Assembly (NCBI GenBank): GCA_964188305.1 | Contig: OZ076885.1 | Length of the DNA: 64,000 bases | Strand: one strand, 5' to 3' | Origin: Podarcis bocagei | Lineage: Eukaryota | Shown here: positions 25,728 through 37,020 of the stretch, piece after piece | How positions within the stretch are numbered: the first letter of the stretch is position 1 | Layout of the letters: each line of letters begins with the position of its first letter | The notes under the pieces: generated by a model | Seen by the model: the letters and a program-made list of their open reading frames with translations, nothing else | What the model was told of the DNA's origin: nothing | Database searches by the model: none | Made by a program: the position numbers and the translations under genes

Positions 25728-25876
25728 CAGTGGCGTAGCGTGGGGGGTGCAGGGGGGGCGGCGGCCGCACCAGGCGCAACATCTGGGGGTTAGGGTTAGG
25801 GGGCGCAAATCCACGGGTTAGGGGGCGCAAATTACTTGCCTTGCCCCGGGTGCTGACAACCCACGCTACGCCACTG
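25728..25876. mobile_element. Young hAT MITE
   Basis: Perfect 17-bp TIRs CAGTGGCGTAGCGTGGG and perfect 8-bp TSD CCTCTATG. CpGs retained. Confidence 0.92.
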
Positions 25877-25894
25877 CCTCTATGTACACATCTG

Positions 25895-26037
25895 NNNNNN
25901 NNNNNNNNNNNNNNNNNNNNNNNNNNNNNNNNNNNNNNNNNNNNNNNNNNNNNNNNNNNNNNNNNNNNNNNNNNNNNNNNNNNNNNNNNNNNNNNNNNNN
26001 NNNNNNNNNNNNNNNNNNNNNNNNNNNNNNNNNNNNN
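25895..26037. other. Assembly gap (143 N)
   Basis: Run of N. Confidence 1.
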
Positions 26038-26408
26038 AGTTTTTTAAACATTCAAAAGTAGCGGAATATTCAGTCCTGAGGCACATTAGTAAATCTCCCA
26101 GGTGCACTAAAAACATAAGTGAGGTATTTTTTAAAAATGCTTCTAATATTGGTAGTTGCTGAAATAAAATTGTAGTGATAATGTATCTGAGGGCTATCAA
26201 ACTAGGATTTTCAGGTAGACATATATATATTTCCACTATTAAAAAAAACAACTTCCCAAAGTTGAAAATTTGAGAGCGAGGAATAACATAGAACACTAAC
26301 TTAATCCTTTCCTTGCTAGACATTTTCCTATGAAATACCACCTTCCCTGCTGCTTTTTCCCTCATAGGAAATGACAAGTGAATGTAGAGGTGAAGCAACT
26401 GGGAGATA

Positions 26409-26578
26409 CCATATTTTTTCAGTGTATAAGATGCCCCCATGTATGAGATGCCCCCTATTTTGGGGGATTCCAAATTAAGAAAACACCCCTCAGCACTACC
26501 CCTGTATAAGGTGAACCCCAATTTTAAACCTAACTTTTTGATTAAAAACACCCTAGTCTTATAAACGGAAAAACACAG
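26409..26578. mobile_element. Tc1/mariner (Tc2/pogo-like) MITE
   Basis: TIRs ccatattttttc / gaaaaacacag flanked by TA on both sides. Internal gtataag motif repeats. Confidence 0.75.
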
Positions 26579-26949
26579 TAATTTTGAGCAGGATAATGGA
26601 CAGAGGGGAAAGGGTTAACTAGTCCTCCCCCCCCCCGCCTTTCCACTCAGACCTCCAGTGTCCCAAGACTGCTTCTAGTTAGAAAAAGAGAGAGAGAATC
26701 ATGGGAAAGACTGCAGGTCACATCTAGTCTGGCCCTAAAACACTCAGAAGCATGAGGCAAGTAAAAAGAGCAACTGACAATTGTTTCCAAAATCAGGCCT
26801 CACAAGTGTATTACATGATTTTATATGTGTGTGTGTGGGGGGGAGTAATATCTGGGTTTTGCAAGTCAGTATCTGTGCTGCTCAGTTGACTTAAAATTTA
26901 AATCTTAACCAGTCAGTGTCATTCTATGTATTTCTTTCGTTACAATGCA

Positions 26950-27140
26950 TTTTATTATCCCACCTTTCCTACCAAGGAGCTTAAGGGCAATATAAATGGT
27001 CCCCGCCCCCCCACCTCCCACCATTTCATGCTCAAAACAACCCTATGAGTTAAGCTACACTGAGAGATAGTGACTGTGCCGAAGTCACTGAGGGACTGAA
27101 TGGGGATTTGAACCCAGAGCTCTTCACCACACTGGCTCTT
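26950..27140 (-). mobile_element. Old MIR-like/L2-tailed SINE
   Basis: tttattatcccacctttcc...aacaaccctatgag...gggatttgaaccc...accacactggctct. Similar copy at about 57820-58010. Confidence 0.6.
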
Positions 27141-28189
27141 ACTATTTTCTGCATAATGTCTGCCATATATAAATGGTACCTGACATATTCAGTTGCTGAA
27201 TTTGTACTGAAAATGTGATGTGTAGGGAAACTGAACATGCTGCAAAAGAATGTGGAGGGAAGGGCAGGAATGGGGACATCATAAGCGTTTGCTATTTCTA
27301 AGCGCCAGCCTCTGCCTAAGCTGCTACTCAAGCAGTATATGTGGTACAAAGTGAGAAGGATTATTCTGTGTGCGTGTGCTGCATTCTGCAACAGGGGAAG
27401 TTACAGGGAAAGGTGACACAGTCCGATTCTTAATTTAGCAGTATACTTTTTTAAGAACATAAAAGCAAATTAGTATTTGGGTCTTGCTGGCTCCTGCTGT
27501 TCCTATGCACAGCCCCCACCCCAAGTGCTGCAGGGAATCCTCTCTTGTTCCCACTCTATTCCTCTTTCCTTTTGCAGAAAATAAACCCTTTGCTGCCTCT
27601 CTGGTCTTTTTGTTTGTTCCCTAGGGAGCTGCTTTTGCTAAGCAAGCCAATTCCACTTCCATAAAAATAATCCTTGATGATCAACTTCAACGCAGCATTA
27701 GACAACTAAGCAGCAGTTAAAATGGCATTACTCTCACCCCCCCCCTGCTATTCTGATAAAAAAACAAACAGCAGCAAATGAATATGCAACTACAGGCTCT
27801 TCTGCGTGGCTTGAGAAAAAGAGGCTACTCAAAAGCGACAAATGGAACTTGTGTTACATCCCAGCTTTCCCCGAATCCAGGGGTAACTGCAGTAGATGCG
27901 TATCAAGATCTTATATGCATATTGTTCTTTTCAACATTCTGTGATGTGGGGGAAATGACACAGGGCCGGATTTAGATGAAGAGAGGCCCTAGGCAACTCC
28001 ACTTGTGAGGCCCCTCCCCTTCCCCCACCATCACAACTAGAAGAAAATGGAAGAGTGAGAGAAAACTGAGTGAGGCCAAGGATGACGACGGGTATTTAAA
28101 AATCTACAATTCACAATTTCTCCTCTAAATGACATAAGATAATATTGTTAAATACCATGGTGATTTTTTAAAAAATGCATTAAATTAAC

Positions 28190-29170
28190 ACTGAAAAACT
28201 TTTGCACTAATTGAACTTTGTACAGTGGTGCCCCGCAAGACGAATGCCTCGCAAGATGGAAAACTCGCTAGACGAAAGAGTTTTCCGTTTTGGAGGTGCT
28301 TCGCAAAACGAATCTCCTATGGGCTTGCTTCGCAAGACGAAAATGTCTTGCGAGTTCCTGCGGGGTTTTTTTCCTCCCCCCCTTTTTCTAAGCCGCTTAT
28401 CAGCTGATCCGATAAGCCGATAAGCCGCTAAAAGCCGCTAAAAGCCGCTAATCCGTCAATGGGCTTGTTTCGCAAGACGAAAAAACCGCTAGAAGAGAAT
28501 CACAGAAAGGATTCTTTTCGTCTTGCGAGGCACCACTGTAAACCTTTTGCGGCCTGGGCAGGCCTGGAACTAGTTCCCATGTCTTGTTCCTCTCTAAGGA
28601 ATCAAGTTCAGCTTTCATGGCATTTAACATCCTCCAAGGTTAAACTTAGGACCTCTTGGAAACTTGAAGGTTCTCAAACCTTCTCTGAGTTACTAACAAC
28701 AGCTGTATCTGCTATGACTGTTTTAGAAACTCTTCAGCATACCTTTTGGGTGGTTTACCCTTTGTGGCCCTTTCAGATCTGTGTACTATACACAAGTCTT
28801 CCATGCTAGGCTTATCCCTTTTAGGAGAATGCTGGGCAAGCCGGGTCATCCTCTTATATACCTGCTGGGATTGACAAGGCATCTGACCCTCACCTGAATC
28901 TCACAGCTCTCCTGTAGCTGCCTCTGATTAGTTATCATTTAACTCTTGGGAGAAATAATTAGCATCACACGTCATGTGCATGGAAGTTGCCGAACCAATT
29001 AACCAAATAGAAGGATTACTGTTAATAGCACCAGTTTTCCTATAACTTGATATTGCTGGATAGTTTTGATGAACTGCAAAAGCACTTTTAGTTTGCTTTC
29101 TGTTACCACCCTGGAATTTTCTTTATTAGTGCGACTTTGTTTTGTACGATTCCTTGCAAATGAAGGAAAA
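28190..29170 (-). mobile_element. Ty1/Copia pol relic, internally deleted and interrupted by the 28223-28538 MITE
   Basis: Minus-strand motifs in Copia order: protease-like WLIGSATSMHMTCD, linker RSERATKGKPPKRY, EPSSFQEV, RT start AMKAELDSLERNKTWELV, and YKVQLVQK across the MITE (compare YKARLVAK). Confidence 0.8.
28223..28538. mobile_element. Tigger/pogo-type MITE
   Basis: 22-bp TIRs CAGTGGTGCCYCGCAAGACGAA, TA TSD, internal repeats of TCGCAAGACGAA and a short (AAGCCGCTAA)n-like array. Confidence 0.9.
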
Positions 29171-29189
29171 CAACTTTTCTGTTTGTATA

Positions 29190-30187
29190 CAGTGGTACCT
29201 CAGGTTAAGTACTTAATTGGTTCCCGAAGTCCATTCTTAACCTGAAGAAGACTTTCCAATTGAAAGTAATGGAAAGTGGATTGATCCGTTCCTGACGATG
29301 AAAAACACCCCCTAAAACAGCAATTTAACGTGAATTTTACTGTCTAGCAAGACCATTGATCCATAAAATAAAGGCAATAATTAATGTTCTGTACTATAAA
29401 ATAAATAAGGCAGTATTTTAGATTTAAAAAATGAACATTTCCCCCCCCCTTACGTGCACTGATGATGGTCAGTTTGGATGGGGGGCTTTTATCCATTTCT
29501 GTAGTCACACAATCAACCAGTAGCTGAACTGGGCTCCACAGATCCCCAAAACAATGGCAGAAGGCAGAGTCCCCCAGAAGTCCCCCCCCAAAAGGCACAA
29601 AACAGAGACAAAGGCACAGGGCAGACTCACAAACAAATCCCAAAATCCCTTGGAGAATCCCAAAATTTTCCACTCAGGTGGGCTTACCTGGCTAGGTGCC
29701 ACCCATCTTGCTACAGCTGGGGGTAGGGCAAGGGTTGGTAAAGGGCTTTTTGGCCCAGGCTCATCTTTTATTTCTTAACAGCTTCACTGTTCTTTGTCTT
29801 CACTAGGTAAATGATCCTTACCTAACTTTGGGGCTGGGATGCGACCTGCTGGGTATCCTGTAGATGTTAAGGCTTGGCTCAGGGCTGTTGCAGAGGCCTC
29901 CCGTGGCTGGAGCCCAGTCATGCAGCCTCTGCAGGCCCTGCGGATGTTGGGGCTTGGCCTCCAGCCTCTGCAGGCCCTGCGGATGTCAGGGCTTGGCCCC
30001 CGGCCTCTGCAGGCCCCCAGATGTCGGGTCTTGGCTCCCAGCATTCACAGAGCCCTGCAGGCCCCACAGATGACGGGGCTTGGCTCCCCACATCCATGGA
30101 GGCCTCAGAGAGCTCGGACACCTTACTTTCGGGTTACAATCATTCATAACCCAAAAAAAAAAGTGTTCATAACCCAAGGTACCACTG
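29190..30187. mobile_element. Tigger/pogo-type non-autonomous DNA transposon, about 1 kb
   Basis: TIRs CAGTGGTACCTCAGGTTA / TAACCCAAGGTACCACTG with TA TSD. Confidence 0.85.
29922..30090. repeat. About 39-bp GC-rich minisatellite, about 4 copies
   Basis: Unit cagcctctgcaggccctgcggatgtyrgggcttggccyc. Confidence 0.85.
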
Positions 30188-30301
30188 TATGTTGATAATA
30201 TAATTTTGGTTACTGAGGACAAACAAGATTCTACAAAAACAAGATTGGGTGCAGGCCTGGCCAAGACATAGGTGTCCTGACTGTGACAAAGGTGACCTGT
30301 G

Positions 30302-30327
30302 TGCTTGCTTGCTTGCTTGCTTGCTTG
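30302..30327. repeat. (GCTT)n microsatellite
   Basis: About 6 units read directly. Confidence 0.9.
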
Positions 30328-31181
30328 ATTAACAGCGGTTGGGAACTTCAATGTCCCTGCTCTCCCTTCTTATAGTCTTTGTACTGGACCTGGAGACTCC
30401 AATACAGAGCATTCCATGTCAAGAAGGAGGGTAAGTGGGCACTCTATCAAATGACAGGACAGGAGTTACACGGAGCAGGGCCTTTCCCCTGGTGATGCCC
30501 ATTGTATGCCTCACTCTTCCCAGACCTGCTCTCTTTTGGCCTGTATTTTGGAGCTTTATAATTTAGGAAGACTTTGGAAGAACTGGTTGACAAGTCTTAT
30601 CGGTTGCTGACATATGAGCGGATTTTATTTGCTGCTATTCTGTGCTTCTGGTGCACCAGAGTTGGCTAAGATGCCAGAAGGGATACAATTTCTCTATTAT
30701 CTGCACAGCAGGGAGTGTTCAGTCAACAGTGCAAAGGCTAAGCTGAAGCATTCCCTGCTGGTTACCTGCTTTCAGCAATAGGGGTCACTGTTTGGTAGTA
30801 CCCAATTGGTTAGCTGTCAGATTCTAGAGCTCCCTATTGGTGCCTCTTAGGTAATTCACAAAATACAGAGTGCATTCATAAAACACAGTATACGTTCATA
30901 AAGCAGTAACATAAATCTCAATTGCTACATATTGGGTGTATATTTCAGCAGTTGAACATGCAAGTTTATGACCATGCTGTAGTGTAATGCTTGTGCGACT
31001 GTGAATAAAAGGTGGCTGGGCTCATTGTCTCAGGGTTTGGGGGGGAAGAGGTGACAAAACTCATTTCCAATAAGTGCCCCCCTTTATTTCCATAACAAGT
31101 CCTTGAGTCTGTACTCTGAATGGTGGCACCAGGGACCTAGAAGGTGCAAGGCTTATCAGTCCAACCCCTGCACAGTCTCAT

Positions 31182-31395
31182 CAGGGCTGACCTTAAGGCA
31201 ACTGGAGCAATTGGGCCAAATTGGGCCCCGCAAGCCGCTCCTAAGGGGGCCCCTGCACCAGGGCAATCTAGATGGACTTTATTTATATCTGTAAGATTTA
31301 GCAGACTTTGGCTGTGAATTTGGGCCCTACCAAAAAAAAAAAAAAAATCAAGTTGCGCCCCACTGCTTCAAAGTAGGCCCCACTGGCTAGCCCTG
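31182..31395. mobile_element. hAT MITE
   Basis: TIRs CAGGGCTGACC / GGCTAGCCCTG. 8-bp TSD agtctcat / agtctaat. Confidence 0.8.
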
Positions 31396-31416
31396 AGTCT
31401 AATGGTTGCTGGACCT

Positions 31417-31632
31417 GAGTTGCCTTGCCCTTGCATGAAGTATTGGGTTTGCAATTTTGGGAGAGGGGAGACTGCAGCACTGGGGAGCGGGCAGGCTGGC
31501 GAGGCCCCCTAGATTTAGAGGCCCAAGTTGTCCTGCCCTCTCATGAAGCCTTGGGTTTGCAATTTTGGGAGAGGGCACACTGCAGCACTGGGGAGCGGGC
31601 AGGCTGGCGAGGGCCCCTAGATTTAGAGGCCC
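31417..31632. repeat. 108-bp tandem duplication (2 copies)
   Basis: 31417-31524 and 31525-31632 are near-identical (ttgggtttgcaattttgggagaggg...ctagatttagaggccc). Confidence 0.9.
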
Positions 31633-32259
31633 TAGGCTTCAGCCTACTTAGCCTATACATAAATCCAGCACTGGACATGAGGCCGTGTGCACACTAACCA
31701 ATTGTAGTTTTTTTCCTCAGTTATGTCCTCAAATTGCTGCTCTTAATCTATATTGATTCTGCTGTCCACAAAGGGTGGTGTGGTTTGCAAATATGTGTTT
31801 GAACTCCTTTCCCTTGATTAGGTTATTCATGCATTTTCCTCCCTCTATAAGTCCCAGGTGAATCAAGTGACAATTGCGAATTTGGTATATGCCCACTCAC
31901 AATGTAACTGGGCAGGTGTGGATATGCACACATACACACACCTTTCAAGTCTGCCTACATCTCCCCCCCCCCCAAATAGGCATACATAAAAACATTCAAT
32001 CTAGATTGTGTGTGAGCTACCATTGATTCTAGAATAAAATGCCGTATGTATGCAACCTAAATCAGAACCATGAGTGTAGGGAGCAAGGAGCATATATTTC
32101 AAAGAGTCTCAGCTGCAGGCCAACTACCCATTTTATGTTCTTTCATATTTCTATGGCAACTTCCATAGCAGGCACTGCTGACCCTTTATCCCCATTTTAA
32201 AATGCTATGGAAAGTACACCACGACCTTCCCTCAAGAAGCTGCATATGTACTAAGTAGC

Positions 32260-32696
32260 TGTAGTGGTTTGGAGTTACTCGTGCGTAAACTGTCCCCTTT
32301 TGGGAGCTTAACTGCCTGGGTTAAACCGTCTTGACTGCACAGCCCATCTCAGCGTGGCTGCCTCAGTCGCTAGCAGAATCTGTCTGTGGGCGTTTCTTAA
32401 ACCTTTTCCAGCATAAAAGCTGTTTGACACCCAGTCGTCTCCGCCTCTCATTGCGCGGGAGTCTTCTGCGCAGGGAGGGCGTGGGTAGTGGAGGACCAGT
32501 GCTCTCCTCACTGACGTCCAGGGAAGAATCCCGGAGCCCTTCCCCCTCTTCCCCCATTTGCTCTCCTGGATCCTTGGTGTTACGCTGATTTCCTTCCCCC
32601 TCTATCAAGCTGCGTCTCCCCCTGGTGCTGGTACCTTCTCCTGCAGAATCGGAGAGCCTCTCCTTCTCCTGTTGCTCTGATGTCAGTTTCCTGACA
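32260..32696 (-). mobile_element. Solo LTR (Gypsy-like), 437 bp
   Basis: Minus strand TGTCAGG...CACTACA with TG..CA ends. Perfect 5-bp TSD GTAGC at 32255-32259 and 32697-32701. CpG-rich. Confidence 0.85.
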
Positions 32697-33351
32697 GTAG
32701 CTAAAACCGCTAGTAAATCCAGCCACTTCTACCCCTGTTCATTTCCCTAAAACCCACCCTTAGAAACAGCCTCGTCTTTTGTTATGCTCTAACATGGAAA
32801 TACATGCAGGTTATAAGGCTAACTGGAATCGGCCAAAGTGCAATGAAGACTAGACAGGCTCAGGGCATGGACCACTAAAAATTCTTACGGTTTGCTTTCA
32901 AGTAAGCTTCCCAATTCAAATGATAAATAAGGAGGAGAATAAAAATGCACTTTGCTGTGGTTCAGTGGGACTGCAGGCTGCTGATATAAGAAAGATTTAT
33001 GCTTTGAGACAACACAATCCCAATGCAAACCATCCACACAGAAGCTCATAAAGAAGATTAATCTTACATTGCAGTGAGACATATTTCACCACAGAAGTTT
33101 TCCATGGCTAAGATGGTATCTAGAGAAGTTTGCTGAGGGAGTACCTATAGGCTAAGAATCACTATGCTGGTGTGTGTTTTTTTAAGCCTTTATGTGCTAC
33201 GATTCTGTAGGAGCAAGGGGAGGAAAATGAAGTAGTTTATACTGCAACTTCCTACTACTTTTACAACAGGGTTCCCTCAAATTACATTGCAACCTTTGAG
33301 TCCTGCAAGCCTCTTTTCTTCCCACAAGCACTTAATTTTGGCTAGTGCAAT

Positions 33352-33917
33352 GGCCTGGTTTACATATCATCTTAAGCAGCAACTAACCATGGTTTCCCAT
33401 AGGGTTGGGGTATTGTTTAGGAGTTTTTTGTTGTTGTGGATGTTATTTTTTTGTATTTTATTTTTAAATCTTATGATTTATGTGGAAATTGTTCAATTTG
33501 GTTGTGTACTTCTTGATGTATTTTAATTATTGTTTATGACTTCTTTTGTTATGTTTCTAAGTATGTTGTAAGCTGCCTTGAGCATTGTTATGGAAAGGCA
33601 GCATACAAATAAAATGATAGAGTCCAAACCAGTAGCTGTGGTTCACTGAAACCTTGGTTTACTGAACCATGGTTTCACCAGGGTTTATTGAAACAAGCTA
33701 GGATCATTTACCACAGGTTGGAGTTGATTCATTTCAAAGAATAAACCATTCTTAGAATGTGCAATAGTTTGTCTGAGTTTAGAAGTAATGAGGGCGAAAA
33801 ACAAAGTTGAAAGAGAAGTGAAAGGTGGAGGACAAGAGAGGGAGAGGAGTGCATGAGCCTGGAGCTTATGTATGTAATTCTATGGTCTGGGGCTTAGTGT
33901 TATGTGTGAATGCAGTC
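33352..33917. mobile_element. Degenerate Harbinger-like MITE interrupted by an L2-type tail (about 33400-33620)
   Basis: Termini ggcctggtttacatat / ttatgtgtgaatgcagtc with internal aaccatggttt palindromes. L2 tail ttgtaagctgccttgag...aaataaa. Confidence 0.45.
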
Positions 33918-34592
33918 AACGACTAACATTATTAGTCACTTTTATTTCAGTGATTGCATTACTTTAACACTAAATTGAAAGCAAACAAAATCTTAACAAT
34001 TTTGGACCAGATTGAAAGAGGAGGAGACGCAGAGCGTATTAATCATATGACTCACACTCCTGGTTGACCAATTGCCACTGCAAACATAGCAGACAAGTAT
34101 TGTGAATTACAGAAAATAACCTCTGTCATAGGGCTTTGTTTGACAGTGTCACAACTTAGTGATATCTATCGGAGGGGGGATGGGAGGGAGAGCAATGTGA
34201 AAGCTATTACTGCAGGGGACTGTTGCTTGTCTGCTGCTAATTCTGTGTGCCAAGTGCTTGGCATATGTTTGCCTCCAATGTTTGCTTCCCAGATCAAACC
34301 CTTATTTTCAGACTAACTCATTTTTAGATCCCCACATTGCCATATTTCCTTCCTTCCTCCATAAGGATGTTGTTTGTGTTTTCATTGCAATTTTCTATTT
34401 TATTTTAATCTTTGCCCTCTCTCAGTCTGCTTGTCTATATTTCCTAACCATTTCCCTTCCCTAGTGGACGGTGTTTCTGAAAGCTATTGCTGGGAGGATA
34501 TTGCTGGGGTTCTCCTAATGCCCTGCTCACATGACAGACTGTTCCATGCAAACAAACAAAACTGGATGATAGGGAAAATGGTTCCAACTTAA

Positions 34593-34711
34593 GTGTGGGA
34601 TTCAACTAAGCTTTACTCAGAGTGGACCCACAGACGTTAATGAACATTACTAAGTTAGGCCCATTAATTTCAGTGGGTCTATCCAGACTAAAGCTTAGTT
34701 TCATACCACCC
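34593..34711. mobile_element. Hairpin MITE (same family as 11654-11764)
   Basis: Inverted arms aactaagcttt / aaagcttagtt and gacccac / gtgggtc. TAA/TTA flanks. Confidence 0.65.
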
Positions 34712-36804
34712 TTATTATGCAATCCTAGGAAGCCTTCTTCCTTATGTATCAAGTTTCTATGTGGAGAGATTATTGTTAGTATATTTAACACCATTATTGT
34801 ATGAAGGGTCAGTCATGTCAGTTCCCACCTGCAGGCTGAAGTTCTCAGGCCAAGAAAGTTTTACCACATCATCTGCCATGTGTAAAATCTAAATCAGTAA
34901 CTAGCCAGATGTTGTTGAACTCCTGGTTCCATCAGCACTGACCACTTTGGCTATTCTGGAGCCCAACAAACATCTGAGGGCCACAGACTCTACACCCTGC
35001 TCCAGATTATTGGTACTCACTGAGAATTACACATGCCCTTGGCAGGTGTGCAAATATCTCTTATTGTTGGACTTGGTGCATTATGGCTGGTGGTCTAATA
35101 CTAGAAGATAGCAGGGGGGGGGGACACATAATTGATGTGAGGGCTGAGTACAAGTTCAGGATGTGTAGCATGCTAGACAATATGTGATAGCTTAAGGTCT
35201 ATAGCACTTGCTACCAGTTTCCAGAAGCAAAACACAGTTTCTAAAACGCAAAAGACTCATAAATCACAGTTTGTGGTTTTTAGTGGGTGAGTCCACCACA
35301 TTCTCACTTGGGCTTCGCACATGAATCATTTTATATTATTAGTTTAGCAATCTAGAGGGGGGACGCGGTCCCTAGAACTGTATGTCAGACAGCAGATTTA
35401 ATTGGTATTTTATGGCATTTTCTGTATTTTATGACTTTTGGAAGAAAACAGACTCCAAATCAATAAAATGTCATAAAATACCAAAACCACAGATCTCTGT
35501 CATATTCAACGCATGCACTCAATGCAGCTTTAGCTACTTAGACACAGGCACAGAATAGCGGAATGTTAATTCAAAGAAAGAGCACTAACTTTAGCATCCC
35601 CTTCATTACTAACCTTCCCTGGGACACAAAGGATCTACAGATTGCCATCATAAGCCCTGACCTCATTGGGCATACAAGTGTCGCGCCACCTGCTTCTGAA
35701 CGCAACCAGCTGTTGGGGCTAGATAAGTAGCACTCAGAGTACATTTCTGTACCATCTCAAACATTTAGGGCTGGGATTCTCCAATGTGGCTAAAGGAGGT
35801 CAAGAGACACTGACCCTTGGATTCAACAGCCAGCTATATGCTTCTTCAGAAACCATGGGTCTTGGATGCCAATACTGCAAAAATGAGGATTTCAGAGTGG
35901 TGTGGAATATCTGCTCTAAACAGACAGCACCACTGAACTTTAAAAATGTAGGCATCTTTACTGCATAAAGAAGCAAAGAACCCTTTAAGAAGATTTAGTG
36001 GGCCAGATGCTAAGCAAGAGGAAGCTGGCTTATTTCCTAGACTTTAATGGGGGCTCTAAGAAGTCGCAGCAGCTGAGGAGCCTCCTGTATAAGGAAACCT
36101 CAAAGCTGTTGCACTGAAATGCCAAAGCAGATACATATATAGACCCTGAACCTGCAACCTCCCTGGGTTATGTAACTCACACTGCAGTTAATGGAAGAGC
36201 CAGGTTTGAATCATAGTTATAAGAATGCAGTGCCTCACAGCAAGCAAAGTATGTGAAATAAAAAGGGTGGGGAAAAGGTATGGCATTCAACTAAATAACC
36301 GTGACTGCCCCATGGGACTTCCCCCCTCCTCCCGTAATGCAGGCCCTGCCTGACCCCTCAAATTCGGGGGGCACACAGGGGGAGTTCCATTGTACAAGGA
36401 GAAATCCTTACACTGAAGGAACTTAGCGCTATGTTGAATACAACCCTATATCTCTGTGTGATACACTGGTGTAAAATAAGAATAAGGCATTCTTAGGAAA
36501 TGCAGACAGCTGATCAGAGGGAAATGTGTTAGCCAAAAGTGAAGCACAATGCTGCCTTCCCAGCAATGCAATATAGACAGCTCCAGGCCTTACAGTCAGA
36601 GACAGGGCTGCCCCAAGACCTTTTGCTGCCTGAGGCGAAGGACAAGATAGCGCCTCCCTCCCTACAGAAGCCATTGGACTGGCAGTTAACCCTTACACTA
36701 GAAACAGGATAGCATCCTGCACCATACCTGAGGCAATAGATCATGTTAGGGCTACCAGGGCAGACTGTGTGGCAATGGCTGGGGGTGGGGGGGTGTTCAG
36801 GGCT

Positions 36805-37020
36805 GACACTGCCAGTCAGTGCAGACAATACTGAGCTAGACAGACCAATGTTCTGATTCAACATAAGGCAGATTCCTGTGTTCTATGTAATACGGAGCAG
36901 GGGGGCTGCTCAGATCCTGCTTGTTGGCTTGCTTCCCATGAGCGTCTTGTTGGCCACTATGAGAACAGGATGCTGGACTAGATGGGCCCCTGGTCTGATT
37001 CAGCAGGGCTTATTTTTATG
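36805..37020 (+). mobile_element. Squam3-like SINE tail followed by a CR1-like 3' fragment
   Basis: gacaatactgagctagac...aaggcag, then gagaacaggatgctggactagatgggcc. Confidence 0.6.

Larger units (their letters stand above)
27961..31673. mobile_element. Putative hAT-type non-autonomous element acting as host of a nested TE cluster
   Basis: Termini CAGGGCCGGATTTA / TAAATCCAGCACTG (12/14 inverted match). Subterminal AGAGGCCCTAGGC at both ends. TSD only approximate (gaaatgac / gacatgag). Confidence 0.45.

Noticed and set aside
25841-26551. Long ORFs (up to 223 aa) in the ORF track
   Set aside because: They read through the N gap and a MITE. No recognisable protein.
28380-28452. Short regular repeats (AAGCCGCTAA-like), superficially CRISPR-like
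   Set aside because: No unique spacers, vertebrate context, and located inside a Tigger MITE.
29784-30351. Six overlapping ORFs with repeated peptides
   Set aside because: Explained by a GC-rich 39-bp (multiple of 3) tandem repeat.
32300-32700. CpG-rich patch as a host CpG-island promoter or exon
   Set aside because: Fully bounded by TG..CA ends and a 5-bp TSD, so it is a solo LTR.
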